Shown: positions 1 through 13,849, counted from the first letter of the stretch. The stretch: 64,000 nucleotides of DNA from the human T2T-CHM13v2.0 reference genome, Homo sapiens (GCF_009914755.1 NC_060936.1), one strand, 5' to 3'. Translations and numbers: made by a program. The notes: generated by a model from the letters alone, not told the origin.

Positions 1-504
1 CAAACATGCCTCTAAGGGGTCAAGTCACACTCACTACCGCCACCACTTGGTGGCTCCACTCAACAGATCTTCACTCAACAGTTCAGCACTCAACAGATCT
101 TCAAGAGCAGGGTCAGCCCTTGTAGGGCCTTGAAACTGAGGGCCTCCTTAAACTCGTGCTGGGTGATCTCCCTAGTCCTGGCCCTGCTCAGCAGTCTGCC
201 GCTGAAGTGCTCCCTGGGAGCAGACCACCAGCCCAATCCTCCAGCCTCTCCAGGTTGGATTGAGTGTCTGGCTGACTCAGGAGCATCACATGGGGACCAG
301 GATGCCAGAGGGAGGTGGCGAGGCCCAACCTGTTGCTTCTGGAGGCTTATGTTTCAGGCAGTGAGACGAGTTCGTTCTCAGAAGATTCTGCGACTTATCT
401 TCTCCCGTTCTGTGGTAGTCTTTTTTGTCAGGAGCAAAGAGCAGGAATGGAGGGAAAAGTGAAGAAGACCTAGAGAACAAATAAGTGACACAGCCAATAC
501 ATCT

Positions 505-510
505 TTTATT
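505..510 (-). terminator. Second candidate polyadenylation signal (AATAAA) downstream of ZNF641
   Basis: Plus-strand TTTATT at 505-510, followed on the minus strand by GT/T-rich sequence (TGTATTGGCTGTGTCACTTATTTGTT). Confidence 0.45.
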
Positions 511-844
511 CAACTGACAGGGACCATAAGTCCCCTGTTGGGTAACCCAAGGAAGTTCACAGTTCATCAGAAGGAACCAATTCAGATAATAGCTAGAAAT
601 CTGATAGGCACGGAGCAGTTGGGCTGCATGGCAAGTGGGCATTCATCCCCAAAGTTTCCTGGAAGAGGATGCCCAGGTGCCTGGTGGCAAGAGACAAGGC
701 AGGAAAGTGGTGGTGGGGGAGGGCTTGGCTGAAGAACACACTGAGAGCAGGAGCAAGGGTCACATTTGATCTCCCAGGCCTGAAATTGCCAGTGCCTGGC
801 ACATAATAAGGACACAAAAAATTGCTTGTAGAATTGAGAGTTTG

Positions 845-1169
<325 letters not shown>

Positions 1170-2619
1170 TCACAGGAGACTGGAAGGAAGTAAATTAAAA
1201 ATGGTGAAAAGTGGAAAACAACTTTGGAAGTTACCTGATTGGAAGAAGAACCTCTAGGGAATGGAGTAGAGGGGCCAGATTTGGCAGTACTAGGCAGGGG
1301 GTGGAGTAGTGGTGGTGTCCTGTGGGAGTGTGTATGAGAAAGGGGCAGAGTGGTGAGGTGGCTGATGAACTGCTATAGCCAAGCCAAGAATTTGGAGGAT
1401 GAGAGTGGTAAGTATGAATTGACCCCTGCTTAGTAGGCTTAAAGCTGATAGAAAAGAAACTGGACAGTAGGCAGAGGAATAGGTAGTAAGTGGACTCATG
1501 ATGGAATAGAATTGGCCAGAAGCTTGAAGAGATAAACTAGAATGGAAGAAGGAATGGGGGTTGGAGAGAACAAATGCCCTTGGAAGGGCATGTTATTGCT
1601 CAGTCAGAACAAAGCAAAACTCAAACAAACAAAAAAATCTGAAAAAGAGTATGAACAAATTGTAGAGGAAGAATGCTGCCTGTTGGGAAAAAGGAGGTGG
1701 TGGCAGGAAAGAGGGAGACAGCATGAGGCCTGGAGTTGAAGAAAGTCTCAGCCTTGGGGTCTAATCTTTTGACCTTGGAGAAGACCTGTGGGCAGATTTA
1801 TAACTGTCAGTTCAGTCTGTCCTCATAGGTGCGCCTGGGAGAGGAACTGGAGGAGGTAGCAGGGTCAGAGACTGCAAGGCAGATTCCTCCCCACAGCCTG
1901 AATCTGTCAGAATCTTCTAAGCAGCAGAATGCATTTTGGGCACCATGGCTTCATTGGTTACAACCTCTACCTAGTAAGCAGAGTCTGGATTTAAATCTTG
2001 CTTGTGTCAAATCTTACTAGAAAAACCTAGTTCTCTCTTATGCCCTGGGGACTCTGATGTTCCTGCTGCCCTTGCCCATAGGGTATGCCAAATCATGGTT
2101 AGAAATCCCTTCCATGGCCCCTCGTTGGTCTCTAATCCAATTTTTATGTTGGAAAACTTGGGTTCTTAAGGGCTTGGCATGGTAGGCCTTACTCTACCTT
2201 TGTGCTAGATGCCCACTCCACCTGCCTCTTATTAGAAGAGCCAGTGAAAAGGACAAGGCAAAGGAGAATCATTTCCTCGGATGTCAGTTTTTCAGTTTTA
2301 CATTGGATTTTCCACCTTTGAGTTGTTTATTCCTTTCTGTCCTTTCAGATTTCTGGACCCAAGTATCCTCAGTGCCCATATTGGAAGCCCCAGCCCCAAT
2401 GAATCACAGGAGCTTGGTAGTTGCCCCACCATAGTTTCTGATATTGGTGACTAGCCCCAGTTCTTTTACTGAGTTAAGAGTGGAAGAAGACCTTGCAACT
2501 AAGGGGAATGGAACTGAGGTCTAGCCTAGTGAGGCTACAGAGAATAAACCTGACAACAGGAGTGTGAAGATCCATCCGAAAAGGGTGAGGTACCACTGCT
2601 TGAAATATGAATCCCCTAG

Positions 2620-2811
2620 CCAGTGGTTCTCAAACTTTAGCTTGTATCACACATCCAGGAGGGCATTTAGTTAAAAGACTGAACGTTGAGCTCCTTCCCG
2701 AGTTTCTGATTCAGTAGTTCTCCTGGGGCGGGGGCTAAGAATTTGCATTTCAAACAAGTTTCCAGGTGATATTTATGCTGCTGGCCCAAAGACCAAATTT
2801 TGAGAGCCACA
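2620..2811. mobile_element. MER5A-like hAT MITE
   Basis: Terminal inverted repeats CAGTGGTTCTCAAA...TTTGAGAGCCACAG; internal TTCTGATTCAGTAG and GAATTTGCATTTC..CAAGTTTCCAGGTGAT. Confidence 0.8.
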
Positions 2812-3329
2812 GTTTGGTATGGCTCACAAGGGAAAAGAGGAAAATTTTGCTAGCTCAGGCTCTCTAAGGATCTAAAGGAATGGATTTCACTTTTCTGATA
2901 TTGCCCAGCCCCACCCACTCCCATTCAGTGCATGCATCCTAATTCAGAGATGGAAAGAACTGGCCTTCTGGCCTTTGTAGGTCTGAGTCAGGACCTGCCC
3001 TTGATGGAAATAGGAAACAGTGATTTGATTGCAGGAATGTTGGAAAGGGAGGAATTTTGTCCCAAATTATCACCTCTTTGGTTCTCTGAAGCCATAACAT
3101 TACTTTGACAAGGGAAAAGTTTTTCCTTCCACAATTAGAACTAAGGCGTAAAGTGTAAATAGCCTGGTGAAAAGCTAACACTTTCGGTTACAGTCTCCTA
3201 TGCAAGGGATTCTTTGAAAGATACTATGTTGGGGTGGAAAGGGGAGGATACTCAGAATAGGGTGGAGGTACCAGATGGAAAAATGTGACAGGTTCCTGAA
3301 GATGATATCCCTGTTTTACATTTTGCCCA

Positions 3330-6278
3330 AAGAGAACACAGAGATTCTTTTTATTTAAAGGGGACGGGGTGAAACATGAACATTTGAGGCTGATTCCCTG
3401 TGGGAAAAATCATTCAAATCTATTCACTCATCTGATGGCTGTTGCTTGTTTTATTTTTTGTCCAAGAGAGGTGGTGTTGGACCGAGGTAGAGAAGACAGT
3501 GGTACACCAGAAATAACCCAAAGGATTGCCCCTTCTGTAGAAGGCCCTTAGACTCCATGATGCCTTTCAGCTGGGTGCTATACTTGCACCTAACTCTGGG
3601 GGCTTCACTTTCTATCCCTACAATTACTCAAACAGATAAAAGGCTGGATGTTAACATGTAGTTATAAGGGGCGTGATCTAATAGTAAGGAATATCACTTC
3701 CCACAAGTCCTTCAAACAAGATTTGTGAGGAGCTGGATTTGTCAGCATGTCAGATCTTTTTGAAAACCAGAGAGTAGAATGTAAGCAATACCCTTGTCGT
3801 AATTAAAGACCAGACTCCATCCTTATACCACTGATGCCTCTGGTACCTTAATCCTTAAAATATTTAGTGACCCTTGCCTTCTAATTCTTGACACAAATAT
3901 ATAATGACCATTTTAGATCGGGGAACTCCCTTTCTTTGAAGGCAGTTTAGGGATTCCACAGATGGGCTTTGAACCTGCTAAATGTGTATGGAAAACTGAG
4001 TGAATTACAAATGTCTTTTTCTCAAAAGTGCGTTTCTGGTTTCTGTCAGATTCAACAGGTCTGTACCCAAGACAGGTTCTGAACCATTGCTTATGCAGAG
4101 CTTTTAGTATTAAAGAGGGAGAGTAAAAGAAATGTCAGAGTCCAGATTTATCACTGAACCCAATACTTTCTTACTCCCTGGGGCATCTCCTAATACTGAT
4201 CCTAAAATGCTCCTGTTTCTGAGAAGCTAGGGCAAGACCTGCCTTACAAAGACCAGCCATTTTGCCTTATTCATAGGATCATAAGCAAGAGAACTGCATT
4301 CCAGGAAGAATGAAGGAAGAAGGAAGGCTGCTCACAGTAGCAGAAGGGAGGCAGGGGCCAAGCTGTTCAAGTCACATAAACTCTAAGAAGCCCAGTCAGC
4401 AAAATAAGTCTATCTTCAATTCTAGTTGAGTCCAGGACTCTGAGGAGCTGTGATTCACCCAGTTTTTCCTGCAAAAGGCACAGTCGCTAAACTAAATTGG
4501 TGCAATTCACTTCCTCTTGCCTCTCTGGTTCATTCCACCAATTGTGGTTGAGAAACACATCTTAGGGAAGAAACAGTATCTAAGCATTAAAGAGAAAATA
4601 TCCCACTTTGCTCCTCTTCCTCCCTAACCCCGAACTGCTCTTACATACAAGATAATTTTTAAATTATAAGATTGGTATTAACACAATTATTGATAAAGAG
4701 AAACAATGACCAACTCATTAGCTAACGATGCTAGAATACTTATGCAAGCCCTAGAGTTAAGGGTCTTAGTGTGGACACCTTTCCAGAATTGGAAGGAAAA
4801 CCAACCAGAAAGCTTATTACCCTGCAGCAGCTGAAAAGCTAAGCCACAGCCATTTTCCCTAAAGTTCTGTTTCTGGGAGAATGAGATCTTCAAGAATAAC
4901 TCTTGCCCCTTGATGAGGCAGTCAAATTCAAACCAGTGATGGCAACAACTTGCAAACACGTAATTCCTGCCCTAATTTTCCAGCACTTAAAACAAAATCC
5001 CCACTCAATACAAAGTTTCTATGTGCCTCTTGCCTGAAATCAACAAGAAACAGCTCACCTCCCCAAAGACTCCTCTTTCTCTGCCAGGGCAAAAGCAATC
5101 TGCAGCCCAGAGATTCAAACCTAGACATACACATCCACAATTGTCTTAATCTCAGCAGTACTGGGAAAGCTTTGTACTCAACTTAACCTGTCATTTAACC
5201 CTTTCCACTAGTTCTCCCTTAACCAGACTGCTTCCTGTCTTGAAACAAAGAAAAAACCCCATATAATCCCCACTACCCTCATCCCCAGAACACAGCCCCT
5301 AGAAAACCTAGCTTGTACAGTTTGCACATAGCATGCTGTCTTCAAAGACCCTGCACACAAATACACAGACACATAAAGACAGTCAAGAGGAGAGAGGGGA
5401 CTGTTCAAGGGGATAAAGTTTTTTTTGTTTTTCTGTTTTTCTGTGTGGGCCAGGGCTATTTGGGGGTATTAGATCATCTCTTAGCCTTGTAGTGTGATCT
5501 CTCAGCTGGATATATGTATGTGCAGGATGAAGGGAGTAGGAATAATGGGTAAAAAGGTTATTTTTTCAGCAGGTGAGGGTGAGAGGTGATGTATATACTG
5601 CTGATTGGCATAAGGAAGACAGACCCACACATGAACAAGGTCTGGCCCCCCTGGCTTTCATATGGATAAAAAAGGGGGCTCTGGATGCCTGATCACTATC
5701 TCTTGTTTCCTTGTTACTCTCTAACCCAGTGTTCACCAGAGTGTTTCATAGTCACCAGTTCTGTGGGATGTAAATAGAAAGGATACTGAGGTCAAATACA
5801 TTTAGGAAACACTGCCTTAATAGAACCTTCAGTTGGGTCTACTGCAGAAATTTTCAGAGCCTTTAATATTCTAAAATGGCCTTTCTGTCTATATATAGAG
5901 AAAATATAATAGTAACAGTATGCAAGAGTGATACTCAAAATGTTTAACAACTGGTATAGCATAGACTCCAACCAATCAGAATGGATTTCAGCCATAAACT
6001 GCCAGTACCACTCTCCTCTTGAGAACAGCTCAGGCTGAATATCAGCCCATGTAGGATGCATTGCTTCCCAAAAGTTTTGCCCAAAGAACTCTATTTTTAT
6101 GTGCTATCTCACAGAACTGGTGAGAAATGCTCTGGCCATTGCTGGGACCTCATCTTTCTAGGGATGGGGTCAGGGCTTATGATTCTGGCCACTGGGGTTC
6201 AGGAGAACGGCAGCCCTGGCAGTGACTCCTGGTAGCACCGGCTGATAGACTTGACCATAGCTGTAGTGGAAACAGATT
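3330..6278 (-). other. ZNF641: Probable ZNF641 3' UTR (~2.9 kb) ending after AATAAA at 3355-3350
   Basis: Largely repeat-free sequence downstream of the stop; minus-strand AATAAA (plus-strand TTTATT at 3350-3355). Cleavage position is estimated. Confidence 0.6.
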
Positions 6279-7033
6279 TCAAAAGACAGATGTTCCTCTG
6301 TCCCAGCTGTTCCGGGGACTTTGTCCCTGGTGGGTGAGCAGGTGCCTGTCCAGGTGATGTTTTCGGCCAAAGCTCTTCTCACAGCGAGGGCACTGGAAGG
6401 GCTTCTCCCCAGTGTGGGTCAGCCAGTGTCTCACAAGGTGGTGCCTTCGGCCAAAGCTCTTCCCACATTCAGTGCACACGTGACACTTTGGCACTGGTGG
6501 GGCACGCTGCCGTTTCCTTGTGCCAGGGCTCTCTCCAACCTCTTGGCCTTTGCAGGATTTGCCTTCTGCATGCACTCTCTGGTGGCTGGCCAGATGGGAG
6601 TTGCATCGGAAATTCTTACCACACTCAGAGCACCTGCTGGTCTTGTCATGTAGGTGGGTTTTCTGGTGCCTGATGAGGTGATGTCTTCGCCCAAAGGTCT
6701 TCTCACACTTGAGGCAGCTGTAGGGTCTCTCCCCAGTGTGTGTTTGTTGATGCCTGGCAAGGTGGGAACCCCATACAAACTGTTTCCCACACTGGGGGCA
6801 TGTGTGGGGTCTTAACAGGGAATCCATCTCTGTGCTACACAGCAGGTTTGAGAAACTATCTTCCTGAAGAAAAGGGGGCCCCAGGAGCATTCCTCTGGAG
6901 CTGCTGGGCATGGAATCCCAGCTCTCATCATGCTCCGGGTTCCAGAGAACAGTATCTTCAGACACGCTGGATAACATTCTGGGAGGTTCTGCTTCTAGTT
7001 CAGGGGTATCCCCCTCATGTTCACTTCCATCTC
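6279..7033 (-). CDS. ZNF641: ZNF641 last coding exon: spacer plus five C2H2 zinc fingers (3+2 arrangement), stop TGA
   Basis: Acceptor CTCCGCAG| at 7034. ORF 6279..6977 has fingers CPQC/CLKC/CSEC/CTEC/CPRC with HxxxH and TGERP/TGEKP linkers. All six exons sum to 1317 nt = 438 aa + stop. Confidence 0.97.
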
Positions 7034-7184
7034 CTGCGGAGAAGGGGAAATACCAACCCCAAGAGAAGAGTCACAAGAGAGTGCTTGAGGCCTAAGTCAC
7101 AAATGAGGTTGTCTGATACCTGCCAGGGCCCAGACTTGACCCCAGAAGGGCTGAGAGAACATAGTCTAATGTCGTACAAGACAG

Positions 7185-7375
7185 TGCAATAGATATAGAG
7201 GTTAAAAGCCTAGGCTTAGGAGGCAGATTACCTAAGATGGAATCTCAGCTTTCCCACTTAACTTCCCTAAACCTTCATTTCTTCTGTAAAATTGGAATAA
7301 TACCTCTCTCTCCGGCAGTTATAAGATAGATAGCACAGAACCTGCACATAGTTTAAGTACTTAGTAAATTGTATA
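7185..7375 (+). mobile_element. MIR
   Basis: Core TTTCTTCTGTAAAATTGGAATAATACCT and 3' end GCACATAGT..TACTTAGTAAAT. Confidence 0.6.
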
Positions 7376-7574
7376 TGTTATTGTTATTATTTATTACCAT
7401 TATTTATTTACTACTGTATATTACTATTAATCAGCATCTTTCTATCTAAGCATAGATGGAGAGAATTACAGAATGTGCCGCAATTGTCACTGGCTGAATG
7501 ACACCTGTCGGCAGTCCTCAAGGCATTCCTGAAATGGGTGGGAGGTTGACAACAATATCAACAATAACAACAAC

Positions 7575-7740
7575 TAACATTTATTGAGTGCTTATTATGT
7601 GCTTGGCACTGTTCTATTCTAATATTCTAATATATTCATATATTTAATTTTCACAATAATTTACAGATGAAGAAACCAAAGGGAGTTTTATTACTTTTCC
7701 AAGGTCCCACAACTACAGCCCAGAATTCAAATCCACAAAG
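7575..7740 (-). mobile_element. MIR
   Basis: CATTTATTGAGTGCTTATTATGTGCTTGGCACTG and TTTACAGATGAAGAAAC. Confidence 0.65.
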
Positions 7741-7904
7741 TGCCTGCTACATCATTCTATTACACTCCCTTGCTTTTGAAGAAAAAAATCTCTAAACCTT
7801 TTGTCTCTGGAACTCTCTGAGGCAGAGGAGGGATTAAACGAACATGGAATGATGATGTCCCGAACTGTGAAGGAAGTGGCTGAAAGCCTATTCTAGGTTC
7901 TTAC

Positions 7905-8018
7905 CTGTATATGTGACCCTCAGAATGTCCCTCTCCTCTAAGTCCTGGGGGTCAGGGACCCATTGTTCTTCTCCTCCTTCTAGTTGAGAAAGCATGTCCA
8001 GTTTGGGAATTGGAAATC
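7905..8018 (-). CDS. ZNF641: ZNF641 coding exon 5, KRAB-B-like box (114 nt)
   Basis: Acceptor GAGCAG|, donor ACAG|GTAAGA. Encodes [38 protein letters not shown] (KRAB-B pattern KPD.I..LE.GEE.W). Confidence 0.94.
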
Positions 8019-8651
8019 CTGCTCATGGGAAAGGAAAATAGAGCTGTCAATTAGTTCAACAGCAATTCTATATTTCTGAAAAAAAAATACAAAAAACTGT
8101 TTCCTATTGTTTGGAACTCTAGACAAAAGAAGGTCAAGAAAGAAACATATCCCCACCCCAACCTCTTCCCCCACCCATTTCTGTTAAGTCCCTCTTCTCT
8201 GCCTAGAAAATCACTCTCCTTCCCAATGAACCTGTTTTCTTCCACTCAGATACTTCCAGCCCAGCTGGCCTTTCTGGGCGTAACTTCACTTTAGTCCTAC
8301 TACGACAGTCCTACTCCCTGCATCCCTATCTTCCTCTACATGGTTCCCAAGTTTACAAGGACCCAGTTCCAGTTCTCTCTGCTTTATGAGAACCTCCTAA
8401 TTCCCAACCAAGAAGAACCTCAAGTTCTACTCCACAATTAAGCATCATTTGCTTTTTTACTTTTTTTTTTTTTAATGATATTTACTCTCATTCTCTTGGG
8501 ATTGGCCCTAGTGTTCTTTCTCCAGCGGAAGCATAGACAGATTCCCTGCCACATAAAGAGTCCTAGACAGACACTATCCAATAGCCCTGAAGCAGATGGC
8601 TCCGTCCTCCCAGAGTCCAATCTTCTAGTGGCTGGAGAAGGTCATGCTTAC

Positions 8652-8781
8652 TCAGAGAGACTACTATCCCACAGTTTTCCTGCATGACATATTCTCCATA
8701 AAAGTCTGTCTGAGAGGGGTCCAGGCTCCGCCACTCCTCCTGAGAGAAGCACAGTGACACATCCTTGATGGTTACCAGGCC
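8652..8781 (-). CDS. ZNF641: ZNF641 coding exon 4, KRAB-A box (130 nt)
   Basis: Acceptor TTGTTTCAG|, donor A|GTAAGC. Encodes [43 protein letters not shown], a KRAB-A pattern (VTxxDV...F..EEW..LD..Q...Y..VM.EN). Confidence 0.96.
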
Positions 8782-9217
8782 CTGAAACAAAATGTAGCAT
8801 CTTCTGTCAGCAGCTGTTTTTTAAGGAAAATGTGATTCAGTATGAAAGGCTAAGTTAGTAGAGGAGAGAGGGTGAGAAATGATCTGAGAAAAGAGCTGCC
8901 CAGAAGTCCCTGGGTAGGGCACATAGTTTTGGTAACAGGGAAATGAGGAGAGGAGTAAAGGTAGATGGTCAAGGAGTGAGTGAGTGTAATGTTACTGGAG
9001 GAATTTCCCAAGTGGGGCCATGAGAAGCTGGAGGCACCATAAACTCATCACCACCTCTGTTTAGCTACAGGTGTCTACTCAGTCACTTCTCCCTGGCCTT
9101 ACTCTTTTTATGAAGAAATTATGTACCATTTCCTCCTTCTTCCACTGGACCCTGCCTTTTCTATCAGCACAAAATGCTACAGATAAAACATTCTTTCTTG
9201 CCTCCCTTGCCACAGCA

Positions 9218-9510
<293 letters not shown>

Positions 9511-9527
9511 ATATCTTTATATTTTTA

Positions 9528-9735
9528 GGCAGCACAGTATGGTGGTTAGGAGCTCAGAATCTGGAGCCAAGTGACTCAGCTTTGCCACTTTCTTGCAGCA
9601 TGACCTACACAAGTGCCTTAATCTCTCCCTGCCCCATTTCCTCATCTGTAAAATTGGATAACTGAGTTGTTCTCAGAATTAAATGAGTTAATATACATAA
9701 AGCACCCAGAAAATGGCATACATGATAAACACTCT
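9528..9735 (+). mobile_element. MIR
   Basis: GGTGGTTAGGAGC..TCTGGAGCCA, TTTCCTCATCTGTAAAATTGG, AATTAAATGAGTTAATATACATAAAGCAC. Confidence 0.75.
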
Positions 9736-10035
9736 GGGGGTGTACTCTATTAGTACTAACACTATTAGTATTAGCTTTCCACAGCTCTCCTATTGCCTTC
9801 TGAATCTAAACCTAATTTCCTTTCTAGCTCTGCCCCTCTTTATAACCTTCTTCCTCTTCTTTTCCATAAATGCTCCCTCATCTACCCAATCCTTCCACTT
9901 TAGGTTCTTCTAAGCTTTCTTCAGGTCCTCTTTTCCTAATCTTTCCAGATTTATTTCTTAAAGGAAGGTAATTAATTATTCTTAAAATCCTCCTGTGGAT
10001 AACAAACACAGCCATCCATTAAAAACCCTAACCTT

Positions 10036-10344
<309 letters not shown>

Positions 10345-10558
10345 AAAAACCCTAACCTCAAGGAATTCCCTTTCTTGTAGGTCCATTTAATTTTCCAAGG
10401 GTCTTATGACCCCTTGGAAAGGGATAGAATCTATTCAGTTATAAGATGAACATACCATTGATGATCATGTGAGCCAACTCATCAATGGGCTGATGCGAAA
10501 GCAATACAAAGGCAGCAGTGATGGGACCACAGGAGACGCCAAGGGAAGCAGAGCTCAC

Positions 10559-10650
10559 CTGTGATCCAGCCGCAAGAAGTGCAGCTGCCATCTCCCAGTC
10601 TCCAGTGTTCCCCTCCTGGGGAATTGCAGGAACCCAGGGAGCAGACTGAG
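10559..10650 (-). CDS. ZNF641: ZNF641 coding exon 3 (92 nt, pre-KRAB linker)
   Basis: Acceptor CCTTATCAG|, donor CAG|GTGAGC. Encodes [31 protein letters not shown]; cumulative length 318 nt gives phase 0. Confidence 0.93.
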
Positions 10651-11213
10651 CTGATAAGGAGAGAGAAGAAACATTAGAGAATAACGATCTACCCTTTCTC
10701 AATGGGGCCTGGGCCCCATTTTAGAGAGGCTTAAGGGTCACAACTTCTGTATCTATGCCCATTGGTAAAACTCAAATGCATAAATGTAGATGAGAAGGCC
10801 ATCACTCAAAATGTTCTGAAAGGGTATCAGATGGCTTTTAGTTAGACTAGCTATAGTTTGAATTTACAGTACTTGAATGTAATTTTCATCTAGTAAATTA
10901 CATCTTACTGAGTGGGTTATCCAACAGTAATCAGGTTGCTGTCACTTCCTTCATCTCCCTCATTCAGTATCACTAATTATGCATTTGCATGTGGAGGGAG
11001 TAATTATGAAGAAACAAGAGAAGCCCAGTTGCATGGTTTGCTGAATTCAGGAGCCTATTCTGTACCTGTGACCAGGGCTGAGAAAGAATGGGCTGGTCCT
11101 GGTACAGGTTATGCTATTTAGTCCATGGCAATTTGGAGATTTTTAACCCTACTTTTGGAATAAATATTAGGAGACTATGCACTGTGCTTCCCACACACTC
11201 TGTGAGTTCTCAC

Positions 11214-11422
11214 CCTTCTCCTGAAGGGACTGTGGCTCCTCTTCAAGGTCACAGCACAGGTGCTCCAGAGGTCCTGGTACTGTTCTCCATGGCCGCTCTT
11301 CCTGGCTTCCCCTTTCCACCTGGGGCTCTGCTCCATCCAGCTGTACATTCATTGATTCCCATCCTGTCCCCAGCGCTGCTGTCTGTTCTGAAAGCATTTC
11401 TGCTGCAGACCCAAATTGTGAC
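11214..11422 (-). CDS. ZNF641: ZNF641 coding exon 2 (209 nt; contains a downstream ATG at 11397 usable by isoforms lacking the previous exon)
   Basis: Acceptor TGTTCCAG| at 11423, donor AAG G|GTGAGA at 11213. Encodes [13 protein letters not shown]...[10 protein letters not shown] (ORF track 11167..11397). Confidence 0.93.
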
Positions 11423-13352
11423 CTGGAACAAATTCATATCAGCAATGCCCATGAAAATGGGAAAGGAGTGATATTTCTAAGGGAGTTATGAAGAACAGGC
11501 CCAGGGATAATAGACAAAACTAGATAGGAGGAGCTTGCTGGAAGATGAACTTTAAAAGCTTGATGTGTTCCGATCAACGGAGCCTGCACCAAGCTTCTTG
11601 GAGGAACTAAGAAATTGGCAGGTGCTACGTAGCAAAGCCACTAACTGGTATTTTGTGGACCTCATTATAGAAACAGAATATACCTGAAGGTTAGAAGAAG
11701 TTCATTTAAAAAAAAAGAACTGTCCTGGAAATTCAAAGGCTATCCATTTAATTTCAAGCACATGAAGTACAGGAAAGTAAGCAATTTGGAAACATACAGG
11801 AAGAAATACATATAGACCTGCACTCAACAAGATGGATGTAATCACACAGAAGATTTTCTGCCACAAATCACAGTCTCATCAGTTTAGAATGAAATGATTA
11901 CTATAGGTAAAAGTCCCAACCAAGGGGCGTATTTGTATCATGAGGCTGGGCCAAAAGGTACCTCACTTGGGACAAGCCTCAATAAAAAGGCACTTGGTCT
12001 ACCATCCAATGAAAACTGGTAGTAAATATGGTAGAAAAACTGATAACTTGGAAAGCAGGTGTTAAGACTCCAAAGTAATCCTAAGAGGTAAGAGAAATTG
12101 TTGGTCTGTGAGGAGCTGAAGTTTAATCAGGAAAAGTAAAAAGGAACAGAAAGAGTTTGAACCAGAGCTGGAAAAGGGGGGAAGAACTGCTGCTAACATG
12201 ACCCAGAAGAACAAACCTGTTTATTTGTCAGGCACCAGTCAGATCTCATTAGAAAAATATATTCAGTTTGAAAGAAGCGTATGGTGAAGCCAGTGTGTGT
12301 TCATCAGAAAACATCAAAGTCAAGAAAGGGATTGGAAATACAGCCACTGGGAAAGTTAAAAATGTCGGATGTAGTTTTCTCTGTCTGGAGAAGAAGGCTG
12401 ATGAATGATGCTACTAATGAATAAAAACAGAGGTCCCTTCTATCTCTATATAGGTCAAACAGAAAAAAATGGGTCTTGATTGCAAGAGAAGAGATTTAGG
12501 TTATTTTTTTTTAATTCTTAATAATCCTGCAGTGTACAATACCAGATAGTGGGCTCTTCTTTTTCTTTAGACAACTTAAGAGCAGGATGGGTCACACTTC
12601 TGTTGTGATAGGGCTTTATGGCAGAGAAATAATCTGAGACTCAGAATCTCTTTCTGTTTGGCAACATATTTTGGGTATTCTTATTCAATATCCAAACAGT
12701 CAGAGTCAGTGAAAGGCTTCCAAGAGCAGTCAGAAACTTGGTAACTATCCTGGCTTACTTACATCCTTTCAATAACACTTGCAAGAACCTTGAAGGCCAG
12801 GGTAGGTAATCACAGATGTCAAGTCGTCTATTTTCTTGCCTATTTGTCTTTGACAAAAGAGGTAGGTGGGAACCCTAAGCCCAATGCACAGGAAAAACAA
12901 ATTCCCTTTTTATCTCAGAAGTCCAAAGATGGCTCAGGGCCTCATGGGAGCACCCTGGACTGATTCCCAGCCTAGGAGGTTTCCTTTTCAGAGACTTTTC
13001 ATGAGAAAGGAAAATTCTTGCTAAAGCAATAAAGGGAAACTTCCATTTTAGCTCTCTTCTCTGAATTCCAGCTCTGTATCCACTTTTAACACACAGGGCA
13101 CTAATTCTCCCTCTTCGTCCCATCTTTCTGGTTCTCTAGCTCCTGTGCAAATCCTCCCTGAAGGCTTTACCTCTAGCTACATATCTGGACACTTGTCTCA
13201 AACCCTTTCTCCATCTCCCCCAGGTAGCAGAGTCTCTTAATGGGAAGCCTCTTTGTGCAGAGCCCATTGGGCCAGCTGTAAGTTTTTCTATACCACTGAC
13301 AGAAATCCGTGGAAGTGCTAGCAAAAATCTCAGCAAAGGATGGGATGGGTAC

Positions 13353-13369
13353 CTGTCCTCAGCTTGCAT
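13353..13369 (-). CDS. ZNF641: ZNF641 coding exon 1 (long isoform start, MQAEDR)
   Basis: ATG at 13369, then CAA GCT GAG GAC AG|GTACCC donor at 13352. Splices in frame to 11422 to give [19 protein letters not shown], the N-terminus I recognise for ZNF641. Confidence 0.85.
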
Positions 13370-13849
13370 TTCCTAAGATATTCACGCAGAGCCAGCACCT
13401 GGGCGGTTAAGGTGGTAGCCCTAACCTCGTTTCTCCTGGTTCCAGGATGATCCCATGCCCACTGCAGTGTGGGTTCTAGGGCTTTCATTTCCCCCTTTTC
13501 TTCACACATATGGGTAGCAAGGGACCTGCAAAAGGAAGTTTCTGCAGCCAGTGCTGATGAACAGAAAAGGGGCCATGTTATAAAAATGAGTAGCCCAAGG
13601 GCACACGGACGAGTTGGCTCCGTCCATCAGAGAACCCTGGCCCCTGCCACGGGTAGGGCATGGGCGGGACGGGAGCCTGCTCAGGGGTAAGGTTGCTTCT
13701 TCCCTTCTTCTTGTCACAGTGCCCCTGGAAAGGGTCAGATTTCAGAGAATCCGAGCAAGGCAGAACTGGAGCAGGGGAAGTGAGGTCAGAAAACAGGTTT
13801 CCCATGAGCTGGGGCATGAGCAAGTGAAGAGAAAGGGAGCCACGGGGTA

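Noticed and set aside
57-105. Short direct repeats CTCAACAG(ATCTTCA)
   Set aside because: Local slippage-type duplication, too short and irregular; not CRISPR-like in a primate context.
5792-6061. 89-aa minus-strand ORF with a hydrophobic stretch in the ZNF641 3' UTR
   Set aside because: No recognisable domain and downstream of the main stop; cannot be supported without Ribo-seq or conservation data.
6321-7192. Antisense and alternate-frame ORFs over the zinc-finger exon
   Set aside because: Shadow ORFs of the ZNF641 coding sequence.
13380-13560. Faint HWLQ...AW.HP spacing reminiscent of a SCAN domain upstream of the ZNF641 ATG
   Set aside because: Intervening residues do not match; too weak to call by eye and left as an HMM test in the findings.
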